Below, piece by piece: positions 19,977 to 29,402 of a stretch of DNA of 64,000 nucleotides (position 1 is the stretch's first letter; each line of letters begins with the position of its first letter). The translations under genes were made by a program, and so were the position numbers. A model generated the notes under the pieces. The model was not told the DNA's origin. It saw only the letters and a list, made by a program, of their open reading frames with translations, and made no database searches. Source of the stretch: Muribaculaceae bacterium (GTDB lineage: Bacteria > Bacteroidota > Bacteroidia > Bacteroidales > Muribaculaceae); contig VSPM01000001.1 in NCBI GenBank assembly GCA_009775365.1, positions 27,735-91,734 on the forward strand. Direction: 5' to 3'.

Positions 19977-20669
19977 GTGGAGGCGGATTATTGGGTGTTT
20001 AAAGATGTGACGGGCCTCAAAGGGAGAAATATAAGAATAGCGGCTCCCGGACGACAGATGCAAGGGATTGCGTATAGCCTTGACAATGGGCGTACTTTCA
20101 CAAAATACAAGGACAACCCGGTGATCGACAGTAAGGAAACATGGGATAGTGGTGACACCCGCGACCCGAAGGTTTTTAAATACGAAAATCATTGGGTGTT
20201 GGTTCTCAATGAACGCGACGGACATTCTATCTACAATATCCCGGCCTCCGACGGACGCCGGATACAGATAGGGTGGAGCAGAATTGGTCATCCGGGAATG
20301 AATTTTAATGGCATGATGCTGTTTCCTGTCGAGTTGACATTGCGCACAACTAAAGACGGGCCGAGACTTGCCGGAGTGCCTGTCAGGGAAGTGGAGGCAT
20401 TGTGTCGCAGCATAGGGAAATGGAATAACCTCTCACAAGAGGAGGCAAACGAAGCGTTAAAGGCATTTTCAGGTAAAGATTGCCTGAGAGTGCGATTCAC
20501 AGTGGAACTTATGTCCGATGTCTATATTGACCGCACTTCGGCGGAGGTGTTTGTGGAAGACGGTTTGTTTTCTTACTCTCTTCCCCGTAACGTGTCAGAC
20601 AAAAATGCGCACGAAATCACTTTCGGAGGTAATCGCCTGAAGATGAAAATCTTGAGTTTCTTGACATAG
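19977..20669 (+). pseudogene. eroded GH32 relic
   Basis: It retains YSLDNGRTFTKYKDNPVI, the RDPKVF motif, GRRIQIGW and a C-terminal DRTSAEVF-like strand. It lacks the WMNDPNG nucleophile block and the EC acid/base block, so there are large internal and 5' deletions. Confidence 0.7.
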
Positions 20670-20946
20670 GGTCAATCTGGCAGTAACAGGCATTCCCTTC
20701 GGGAGGCGCATCAGCAGGGAGCTTCTTCATGCGGACTTTGTGATTTTTGTGCGAATGTTTGAGTTTTTTCGGCGAATAATAGCAGAAATGTTGCGGAGTG
20801 TATGAATAATCGTGCATTAATCGGTTTTTGATAGCGGCAACAACATTCGTTATATGCCGATTATGAATTGGTTGTTAATTTTGCTGCAGAAATTTTAACC
20901 AATACTAACATATTGGGTAGGCACAATTGCCGACGACGGCACATTT

Positions 20947-21831
20947 GTGGCCGATGCTGCCGGGCAGTATCCCCGCAATGTGGAATTGATGAGCAAGGAT
21001 GGCTATGGGTTGCTTTCTCCCACTATCTATCAGCATAACGGCAAGACCATAGCATTGGGAATAGTTCCCGACAAGATTTCAACGGAAGACAACTGCCGTC
21101 TCGGCTGGGCGCACACATATTCCTTCCCTCGCGAATGGAGCCTGAGCGCAAGCGGCGAACTTATCCAGAAGCCATATGATGGCTTGCGCTCTCTTCGTTC
21201 TGACGTGGCATATTCGGGTGCTGACGAAGAGATTTCCGGAGTCAAGGATCTGTCGCCGGTGTCGGGGCGAAGAATAGAATTGCTCGGCAGATTTGAAATT
21301 GGCGACTCTACATTCGGATTCAAATTCTTTAAAAGTGCTTCCGGACAGGCGTCGGTGTCTTATAACCGCTCGAGCAATGAACTCACGGTAGATTTTACAG
21401 GTCTTCGCCGGCTTGTTAACGACAACGGCAGCTATAATGGCATATACCGTTGCACACTTCCCGAGCGTCCGGAGGCCGGAAGCGAAATGCTTTTGAACGT
21501 GTTTATCGACGGCTCTATAGTTGACATATTTGTGAATGACCGCTGGGCTACCTCCATCCGGGTTTATCCGTCGGATGAAGATGCCGACGGAGTAGAGGCA
21601 TTCTGCGACGGCACGGTAAAAGCACGCGAGCTCAAAGCATGGAGACTCGATTCCGGCGGCGGAGCCGGAATCGGCTCAATCCCCGGTGATGAGGGGTTTC
21701 ATTCCGACAAAGTGAATGTAAGCGCAATCGACGGCACGTTGATTAAACATAATGAGAGAATGGCCGAGGCTCTCGACGGGCTTAAAAAAGGTGTGTATGT
21801 TGTGAACGGCTGTAAAGTGATTGTGAAATAA
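20947..21831 (+). pseudogene. 5'-truncated GH32 (last propeller blade + beta-sandwich) with a T9SS C-terminal sorting domain
   Basis: It begins mid-domain (GWAHTYSFPREWSL, LIQKPYDGLRSLR, VFIDGSIVDIFVNDRW). It ends in a T9SS-type tail (GVYVVNGCKVIVK). It has no signal peptide and no N-terminal catalytic motifs. Confidence 0.7.
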
Positions 21832-21874
21832 TTTCGGATTCGGATAGAAAAATCCATGTCAGGCATAATAATTG

Positions 21875-21905
21875 CGCCCGTCTTGCTCTTGAAGCGAGAC
21901 GGGCG
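21875..21905 (+). terminator. hairpin after the truncated GH32
   Basis: cgcccgtct (21875-21883) pairs with agacgggcg (21897-21905). Confidence 0.4.
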
Positions 21906-22349
21906 TTGTGATATTGTGGCATATGGAGTTTACTTATTCCGGAATTAGAACCGAGGCGGATGTGTGGTGTCGTGAATTTTGCATAGGGTATGGCTACGGG
22001 CTGAAGCATGAGTACGTCTACAACGAGCGTGACCTTGGCATAGAGAAGGTGACATTCTTCTATGAGAATGACCAGTGGGTGCCTAATGCAAAGGGAGAAT
22101 ATGAATATGACGACGCCGATAATATCGTCGACGAGGTGCTTTATTATCCTCTTGAAGGCGACTGGCAGCCGTATGCACACAATACTGCCACATGGGACAA
22201 TATCAATCGCCAGGCAAGCATCGAAAGCCATGAGTGGAACGGCTTGGACTGGGTTGGTGTGGCAAAAGAGGACTTGAATATTATAATGATTATTCCGACA
22301 AACTCACTTATCTTGGCAGATGGTATTGGATCAAAGAAGAGAATTAGAG

Positions 22350-22381
22350 AGGCTTCCCAAAACCGGCGGGAAGCCTTTTTG
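22350..22381 (+). terminator. rho-independent-type terminator located inside the 436-aa ORF 21908-23218
   Basis: aggcttccc (22350-22358) pairs with gggaagcct (22368-22376), followed by ttttt. Confidence 0.6.
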
Positions 22382-22429
22382 TTGGTATTTTGTTGGCGCA
22401 TTCCCATTTTTTTATTAACTTGCATCGAA

Positions 22430-23218
22430 ATGTTGGTAATAGCGTTCATACTGGTTCTTTCATGCCTGATTCCTGCCCCGGCAATGCGCGCGGAGGCAAG
22501 ACAGCCCGATTATGCCAAGATGGCAGAGTCGCCGGCGAGAGATTTGTTCACTAAAGCCAATGAATATCAGCAGATGAACGATGTAGACACGGCTATGGCC
22601 TATTATCTCTATACCATAGGGGCTTTTGACATCAATTCATCAGAGGAGAATCAGCTTATTTGTGCCAAGGCATATAATGAATTCGGGAAGGCGTATTTTA
22701 ATTTCGGTCATTATTCAAAAGCCTTCGACTCTTTTGCCAATGCCATTAAAATATGTGAGGCCAATGGTTTCAGCAGCCTTTTGCCTCATATCTATAATAA
22801 TCTCGGAAGCATCTATTGCACATGGAACGACCGGGAGCAAGGTATTCATTATTTCCAGAAGGCATTTGAAATCACGGATTCTGCGTCACAGCCGGAATTA
22901 TACCGCAAGCTTCTTATCAACATGATCGGCGCCGAGTGTGAGAATGCCAATGTCAAGGCGGGAGTAAACAGCAAATATGTTTCAAAGGTTATTAATGAGG
23001 CATATGGATGTAATTTCAGAGCGTTTATAAATGAAATCCGAATACGAGAGGCGCAACGCAGGCTGCTTGACACCGACAGGTATGGCAGTTTCACCATAAA
23101 GGCTATTGCCGAAAGCGTTGGCTATAAATCTCATGCCAACTTCATATTGTTGTTCAAGAAATATGTAGGCATCTCGCCCTCGCAATATCAGAAAATGGCA
23201 ACAGAAGACAAAGAATAA
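22430..23218 (+). CDS. truncated TPR + AraC-type HTH regulator (paralog of 46945-48573, internally deleted)
   Basis: The start MLVIAFILVLSCLIPAPA lies after the terminator. The TPR-like segment (NNLGSIYCTWNDREQGIHYFQKAFEI) joins directly to the second half of an AraC HTH (GVNSKYVSKVI, IAESVGYKSHANFILLFKKYVGISPSQY). The TM segment and linker seen in the full-length paralog are missing. Confidence 0.55.
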   Translation: MLVIAFILVLSCLIPAPAMRAEARQPDYAKMAESPARDLFTKANEYQQMNDVDTAMAYYLYTIGAFDINSSEENQLICAKAYNEFGKAYFNFGHYSKAFDSFANAIKICEANGFSSLLPHIYNNLGSIYCTWNDREQGIHYFQKAFEITDSASQPELYRKLLINMIGAECENANVKAGVNSKYVSKVINEAYGCNFRAFINEIRIREAQRRLLDTDRYGSFTIKAIAESVGYKSHANFILLFKKYVGISPSQYQKMATEDKE

Positions 23219-23228
23219 ATATGTTTCA

Positions 23229-25979
23229 ATGAAAAGAGTCTATTCATTTCGGGGTCTTATAGCTGTAGTGTTTTGCTTGTTTCTGACCGCAGGATGCGGA
23301 GGAAATACGGAAAAGAGATACAGGATTGGAGTGTCGCAATGCAGCGGCGACTATTGGCGCGTGAAGATTAACGACGACATTATGCGGGAGCAGCTTCTGC
23401 ATGACGACGTGGAGGTGGAATTTCGTAATGCCGATAGCGACAATAATAGGCAAATTAGCGATATACGTTATTTTATGGATAATGGCTTCGACCTGATAAT
23501 GGTGTCGCCTAATGAGACGGAAGAGCTCACCCCGATAGTGAAAGAGTCTTATGAAAAGGGCATCCCTGTTGTCACTTTCGACCGCCGCATTGATGGCGAC
23601 TCATTCACGGCCCATATGGAGGTTGACAATTACGAGCTTGGAAAGTCTGTGGCCGGGTATGCACGCTCACACATTCAAAAGCCTTTGAGAGTAATAGAGA
23701 TACAAGGCCCTACAAGCGCATCTCCTGCCCGAAGAAGGCATGAGGGATTTGCCGACGCTATGAAAGATTATGACGATTCAGAGATTCTTGCAAGTGTGTA
23801 TGGCAACTGGGATGACGGGCTTTCCGAGTGTCTTGTCGATTCGCTGTTGAAAATATACCCCGAAACCAATCTGATATACGCCCACACCGACCATATGGGG
23901 ATAGGGGCTTCGCGTGCCGTCCGGAAAAACGGGCGAAGGGATATAGCTGTTATGGGCATAGACGGGTTCCCCGAAATCGGCATCAAGGCGGTGAAAGACA
24001 GCGTGCTTACGGCATCATTCCTTTATCCGTCAGAAGGAGAGCGGCTTTTGCGGATAGGCATGGCAATCCTTAAAGGGGAGCCATATGAGAAAATAACCCA
24101 GGTGCCTCCATTGTCGCCTATAGACTTGTCGAACGCCGACATACTTATTGCTCAAGAGAAGCTCCTCACCGGAGAAACCGAGAAAATCAACTTTCTTCGC
24201 GGGGCTCTTCATGAGTATTGGATCAGGCATTCCGCCCAGACAATGCTTCTGTATGCTTTCGTCATAATCCTTGTTCTTCTGGCAGGGGTATTGTTCCTTC
24301 TCCTGAGGGCTGTAAATGTGCATAAGCGCCATAAGGGGGTTCTATTGCAGAAAAATACTCAGCTTGAAGAAGAGAAGGAGAAACAGCAGGAACTTTACGA
24401 CAGGCTCAGAGAGGCCACGCAATCGAAACTTATGTTCTACACTAATGTGTCGCACGACTTGCGCACTCCGCTCACTCTTATTTCTGGCCCTGTGGAGGAG
24501 GTGGCCAGGGATGAATCCCTCAGCCGGCGCGACAGGCAATTGATGCAGATTGCTCAGAAGAATGTGAGCATTCTCCGGAGGCTTATCGACCAGATTCTTG
24601 ACTTCAGGAAGTATGAGAACAACAAGACCGACCTTCATCTCTCGGAGGTGGATTTCCCTGCCCTGCTGAGAGAATGGGCCGAGGCGTTCAAAGAGGCGGC
24701 CAATAAGCGCGACATTCGTCTCGCGGTTAATATTGCGCCTGTGGCCGACCCGTATGTGGGTGTTGACGTGGAGAAAATGGAGCGTGTGTTTTTCAATCTT
24801 ATGAGCAACGCTTTCAAGCACACTCCCGACAACGGAAAGATAAGCGTGGCGTATGTTTCAGACGGCACGAAATTCACTTTTTCTGTAAAAGACAATGGCG
24901 AGGGTATTTCAGAGGAGGATTGCCGTCATATTTTCGACCGTTTCTTTCAGGCTGATAAAGTCAATCCCAAGGGTTCCGGAATAGGTCTTGCTTTGACAAA
25001 AGCGTTTGTCGAGCTTCACGGCGGGGAAATTTCTGTTGACAGTGAGAAAGGGAAGGGGAGTGAATTCAAGGTGGCTCTCCCGGTGCGTCATTGCGGCAAC
25101 AAGGTGGAAGCCCCACAATCGAGAATCACATCGTCAGACATAGACATAGAATTGTCGCCTATAGAAAAAGATGGAGAGGAGTTTGACTCTAAAAAGCCGT
25201 TGCTGCTCGTTGTGGACGACAACAGAGACATACATAAACTTATAGGCGCTCTTTTGGGTGCAGATTATAATGTGATATATGCCTCTGACGGGCAGCAGGG
25301 TGTGAAGATGGCCGTGAAATATGTGCCGGACCTCGTGGTTTGCGACGTGATGATGCCCGTGATGGACGGCATGGAATGTGTGAAACGCATAAAAAGCGAG
25401 ATCACCACATCCCATATTCCTGTGCTTATGCTCACGGCATGTTCTCTCGACGAGCAGCGTGTGGAGGGGTATGACAACGGCGCCGACGGATACCTCCCCA
25501 AGCCATTTGGGGGAGATGTGCTTGCATCGCGATGCCGCAATCTCCTCATGAACAGAAAAAGGATAAAGAGCATCTATGGAAAAAGCGCTATTGCGGAGAA
25601 TGAAAAGGATGGCAAGGGCCGCGCTATCCCCCGCACAAAAGTGGCTCCCAACGATGTGGAAAGTGATTTCTACACACGATTCATGAAGATTGTGGAGAGC
25701 CGTATGTCTGACCCGAAACTGAGCATCGAGGAGATTGCCGGTGAAATGGGGTTGAGCCAGTCGCAGTTCACGAGGAAAATAAAGGCTCTTGCAAACTACA
25801 CTCCGGTCGAGATTATCCGCACAGTGAGGCTTCAAAGGGCAAAGACAATTCTCAGCTCCACCGAAAAGACCGTGAGCGAGATCTCTTTTGAGGTCGGATT
25901 CACGTCGCTTGCGTATTTCTCTAAATGCTATAAGGAGGAGTTCGGAGAGTCGCCATCCGCCATAAGAGGGAAGAAGTGA
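23229..25979 (+). CDS. hybrid two-component system sensor kinase/response regulator with periplasmic sugar-binding domain (fructan-PUL type)
   Basis: 916 aa: signal/lipobox, a PBP1-like domain (YRIGVSQCSGDYWR), a TM segment, the H-box SHDLRTPL, an ATPase region (GSGIGLALTKAFVELHGG), a receiver (DDNRDI, CDVMMPVMDG) and a C-terminal AraC HTH. Confidence 0.9.
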   Translation: MKRVYSFRGLIAVVFCLFLTAGCGGNTEKRYRIGVSQCSGDYWRVKINDDIMREQLLHDDVEVEFRNADSDNNRQISDIRYFMDNGFDLIMVSPNETEELTPIVKESYEKGIPVVTFDRRIDGDSFTAHMEVDNYELGKSVAGYARSHIQKPLRVIEIQGPTSASPARRRHEGFADAMKDYDDSEILASVYGNWDDGLSECLVDSLLKIYPETNLIYAHTDHMGIGASRAVRKNGRRDIAVMGIDGFPEIGIKAVKDSVLTASFLYPSEGERLLRIGMAILKGEPYEKITQVPPLSPIDLSNADILIAQEKLLTGETEKINFLRGALHEYWIRHSAQTMLLYAFVIILVLLAGVLFLLLRAVNVHKRHKGVLLQKNTQLEEEKEKQQELYDRLREATQSKLMFYTNVSHDLRTPLTLISGPVEEVARDESLSRRDRQLMQIAQKNVSILRRLIDQILDFRKYENNKTDLHLSEVDFPALLREWAEAFKEAANKRDIRLAVNIAPVADPYVGVDVEKMERVFFNLMSNAFKHTPDNGKISVAYVSDGTKFTFSVKDNGEGISEEDCRHIFDRFFQADKVNPKGSGIGLALTKAFVELHGGEISVDSEKGKGSEFKVALPVRHCGNKVEAPQSRITSSDIDIELSPIEKDGEEFDSKKPLLLVVDDNRDIHKLIGALLGADYNVIYASDGQQGVKMAVKYVPDLVVCDVMMPVMDGMECVKRIKSEITTSHIPVLMLTACSLDEQRVEGYDNGADGYLPKPFGGDVLASRCRNLLMNRKRIKSIYGKSAIAENEKDGKGRAIPRTKVAPNDVESDFYTRFMKIVESRMSDPKLSIEEIAGEMGLSQSQFTRKIKALANYTPVEIIRTVRLQRAKTILSSTEKTVSEISFEVGFTSLAYFSKCYKEEFGESPSAIRGKK

Positions 25980-26049
25980 GCGCCGCCCGCCTGTAGGTGT
26001 GCGTGGCTATAAAAAATTGGTCGTCATTATAACAAATGTTGATAATATA

Positions 26050-26090
26050 AAATGCAAACTGCTGAGGTTACGTGGTTTGCATTTTTATAT
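26050..26090 (+). terminator. hairpin after the second sensor gene
   Basis: aaatgcaaac (26050-26059) pairs with gtttgcattt (26076-26085), followed by a T-rich run. Confidence 0.45.
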
Positions 26091-26255
26091 AAATCCGAAT
26101 GGCGGTTCAGGCAGGCGATTATAAAAAAATCCGCAATGGTTTTAACAATAAAGGAGTCGGGTAAATTATGATAGCGTAGACAACAAATATTATATCACGC
26201 CCGTACGCACGGCATTAACTTTGCAGCAGATAATTTAACTAAAACAAACAATAAC

Positions 26256-29200
26256 ATGAAAAAAGGAATCCTCAGCGCATTGATGCTTCTGATTATGGCA
26301 ATCACGGCGCATGCACAGGAAATCACTGTGCAAGGGACGGTAATTTCACGGGCTGACGATGAGCCGCTGATCGGGGCCACAGTTCAGTGTGAAGTCACCA
26401 AACAAGGTGTGGCCACCGATATCGATGGCGGGTTTAGCCTCACAGTTCCTGATGGCTCGGTTCTTAAAATCTCTTATGTGGGCTATCAGACAGTGGAAGT
26501 GAAGGCGGAGCCTCAGATGACTATCTATATGGATGAAGACGCCGGTCTTCTCGACGAGCTTGTGGTGGTGGGTTATCAGACCGTCCGCAAGGCCGACCTC
26601 ACCGGAGCGGTGTCGGTGGTTTCAACCAAGTCGCTTGAAACCTCGTCAGACAGCGACCCCATGCGCGCTCTGCAAGGCAAGGTTCCGGGAATGACAGTTA
26701 CAGCAAACGGTTCGCCCGCAGGCACCGGCTCGGTCAGAATCCGTGGTATCGGCTCTTTCAATGCGTCACAAGACCCTCTCTTTGTAATTGACGGCGTGCC
26801 CACCACAGCCACTCTGAATTCTCTCAACATGAACGACATTGAGAGTATGCAGGTGCTTAAAGACGCAGCCTCAGCTTCAATCTATGGTTCGCGTGCGGCC
26901 AACGGCGTGATCATCATCACCACGAAGAAGGGTAAGAACTCCGGGAAGGTGAATGTGAGCTTCTCTGCCAATTTCACTACACAGTTCTATTCTTCTCAAT
27001 CGAAGATGAAGCTCCTCAACACTCCGGAATATGCAAAGGCGATGGCTCAGGCAGCGCTCAACGACGGCCTTGACCCTGTGGCCTATGCTTCAAGCTACGG
27101 CCTTAACCTTAATGCTGCAAGCGGCTATCCAATCTCTGTTTATAATATTGCCACCGGCCAGTATCAGGACTACACTGTGAACGGCTATTACGACGGCTAT
27201 ATCAATAACAAGCGCACAATGCTTATGTCTAACACCGACTGGCTTGACGAAATTTCACGCACAGGCTTCTCTCAGCATTATGACGCTTCGGTTTCTACCG
27301 CTTCCGACAAGGGCACGGCATTCTTCTCTATCGGTTATAAGAGAACCGACGGTATCCTCAAATATACAAACTTCGAGAATATCGCCGCCCGTATGAATGC
27401 TTCTTACAATATCTCTCCGGTTGTGACAGTAGGCGAGAATTTTACTCTTACATATACTGACCAGGTTGACTGCCAGCCGTTGGAGAATGCGCTGAAGATG
27501 CCGTCGTCAGTGCCTGTGTTTGAAACTGACGGCACAACATATGCCGGCCCTGTAGGGAGCATGGCCGACCGCCAGAACCCTCTCCGCGAACTCGCTTTCA
27601 ATAAAGACAACGCCCTGAATGTGTGGAGGCTTTTCGGAAATGCGTATATCGACATCAAGCCGGTGAATGGCCTGGTGCTTCGTTCAAACTTCGGTCTTGA
27701 CTATGATGCCGCTTTCATCCATTCCTACAACTACACTTTCCATAGCGACATCGTCAATAACGACACCAACTCCACCACGCTTTCGCAGGCAAACGACTCA
27801 AAGTGGACTTGGACTAACACTGCCAATTATAATTTCAATCTCTGGAACGACCATAATTTCACTGTGCTTGCCGGCATGGAGATGTTCCGCCAGAGCCGCA
27901 TAGATTTCTCGGCCTACAACGAGAACTATGACATTGAAACTCCCGATTATATGTATCCCGATGCCTCATCAGGCGTTGAACGTGCCACAGGCAATAAGTC
28001 GGCCTACGCCCTTGTTTCATTCTTCGGCAAGATTGACTATAACTGGCGCGACCTCCTTCTTGCGTCGTTCACAATCCGCCATGACGGATCATCGCGTTTC
28101 GGCAGCAACAACCGCTACGGCACATTCCCTGCCGCCACTCTCGGCTATCGCCTTTCAGAAAACATCAACAAGTCGTGGCTCGACGACCTCAAGATTCGTC
28201 TCTCATGGGGCAAGACCGGTAACCAGGCCATCTCCAACACCGCCCGCTACGCTCTTTATGTGGCAGACTATGGCAGCGACCGCGTGACGTCTACCGCCTA
28301 CGACCTCCTTCTCCAGCAGAGCGGCATATTCCCCTCAGGTTATTATGCAAGCCAGACCGCAAACCCGAATTTGAAATGGGAGACCACAATCCAGTATAAT
28401 GCCGGCATCGACTACGGTTTCCTTGGCAATCGCCTCACCGGCACATTCGACGCCTACATCAAGGATGTGAAAGACATGCTTATCATCCCTGCCTATCTCG
28501 GCTCTATGGGTGAGGGTGGCGCCTCATGGCTCAACGGCTCGTCGCTTCGCAACTGGGGTATGGAATTCCAGGTTGGATGGCGTGATGAACTTGCGTGCGG
28601 CTTCGGCTACAAGGCGGCGCTTAACTTCGATTTCTTCCGCAATCGCGTGACATATCTTCCTTCCACCACAACCGGCTCATATGTGCACACCACAACCGAA
28701 AACCTCGTTCAGTCGCGTCGTCCGTTCGGCTCAATCGTGGGCTATGTGTTCGACGGCCTGTTCCAGAGCCAGGAAGAGGTGCTTGCCTATGGTCAGGACA
28801 ACGCCCGTGTGGGCGGCATGAAATATGCCGACCTTAATGGCGACGGCAAAATCACCGCTGATGACCAGACCTGGATTTTCAATCCGGTGCCCGATCTTTC
28901 GTTTGGCCTGAATGTAGAGCTCAGCTATAAGAATTTCGATTTCCAGATGTTCTGGCAGGGTGTGCTCGGACAGGATGTCTACAACAATCAGAAATTCCAG
29001 AACGACTTCTGGAGCGTGACCGATGCCGGCAGCAACAAGGGTGTGCGTGTGCTCGACGCATGGCTGCCGAATGTGAACGCATCGTCTACAATCCCGATGC
29101 TCACCACCAACAACAAGGGCGACGAGGGGCGCGCGTCATCATACTTTGTGGAAAACGGCTCTTACGCCAAGCTCCGCACCCTGCAGATCGGCTATAACCT

Positions 29201-29372
29201 TCCTGAAAACGTGCTGTCGAAACTTCGCATGAGCAAGGCGAGAGTGTATGTGTCAGGCCAGAACCTTCTCACCATCAAGAGCAGCAGCCTCACATGCACC
29301 GACCCTGAGAATCCCAACTGGGCATATCCTATCCCGACCTCGCTCTCTTTCGGCTTGCAGGTAGATTTCTAA
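26256..29372 (+). CDS. susC: SusC/RagA-family TonB-dependent outer-membrane transporter
   Basis: 1038 aa: signal peptide, a carboxypeptidase-regulatory-like N-terminal domain (ITVQGTVIS, DEPLIGATV), a plug (SVRIRGIGS), and a C-terminal barrel ending in F. Confidence 0.95.
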   Translation: MKKGILSALMLLIMAITAHAQEITVQGTVISRADDEPLIGATVQCEVTKQGVATDIDGGFSLTVPDGSVLKISYVGYQTVEVKAEPQMTIYMDEDAGLLDELVVVGYQTVRKADLTGAVSVVSTKSLETSSDSDPMRALQGKVPGMTVTANGSPAGTGSVRIRGIGSFNASQDPLFVIDGVPTTATLNSLNMNDIESMQVLKDAASASIYGSRAANGVIIITTKKGKNSGKVNVSFSANFTTQFYSSQSKMKLLNTPEYAKAMAQAALNDGLDPVAYASSYGLNLNAASGYPISVYNIATGQYQDYTVNGYYDGYINNKRTMLMSNTDWLDEISRTGFSQHYDASVSTASDKGTAFFSIGYKRTDGILKYTNFENIAARMNASYNISPVVTVGENFTLTYTDQVDCQPLENALKMPSSVPVFETDGTTYAGPVGSMADRQNPLRELAFNKDNALNVWRLFGNAYIDIKPVNGLVLRSNFGLDYDAAFIHSYNYTFHSDIVNNDTNSTTLSQANDSKWTWTNTANYNFNLWNDHNFTVLAGMEMFRQSRIDFSAYNENYDIETPDYMYPDASSGVERATGNKSAYALVSFFGKIDYNWRDLLLASFTIRHDGSSRFGSNNRYGTFPAATLGYRLSENINKSWLDDLKIRLSWGKTGNQAISNTARYALYVADYGSDRVTSTAYDLLLQQSGIFPSGYYASQTANPNLKWETTIQYNAGIDYGFLGNRLTGTFDAYIKDVKDMLIIPAYLGSMGEGGASWLNGSSLRNWGMEFQVGWRDELACGFGYKAALNFDFFRNRVTYLPSTTTGSYVHTTTENLVQSRRPFGSIVGYVFDGLFQSQEEVLAYGQDNARVGGMKYADLNGDGKITADDQTWIFNPVPDLSFGLNVELSYKNFDFQMFWQGVLGQDVYNNQKFQNDFWSVTDAGSNKGVRVLDAWLPNVNASSTIPMLTTNNKGDEGRASSYFVENGSYAKLRTLQIGYNLPENVLSKLRMSKARVYVSGQNLLTIKSSSLTCTDPENPNWAYPIPTSLSFGLQVDF

Positions 29373-29402
29373 AACATGAACTTTCCTAAAAAACAGATAA
29401 CA

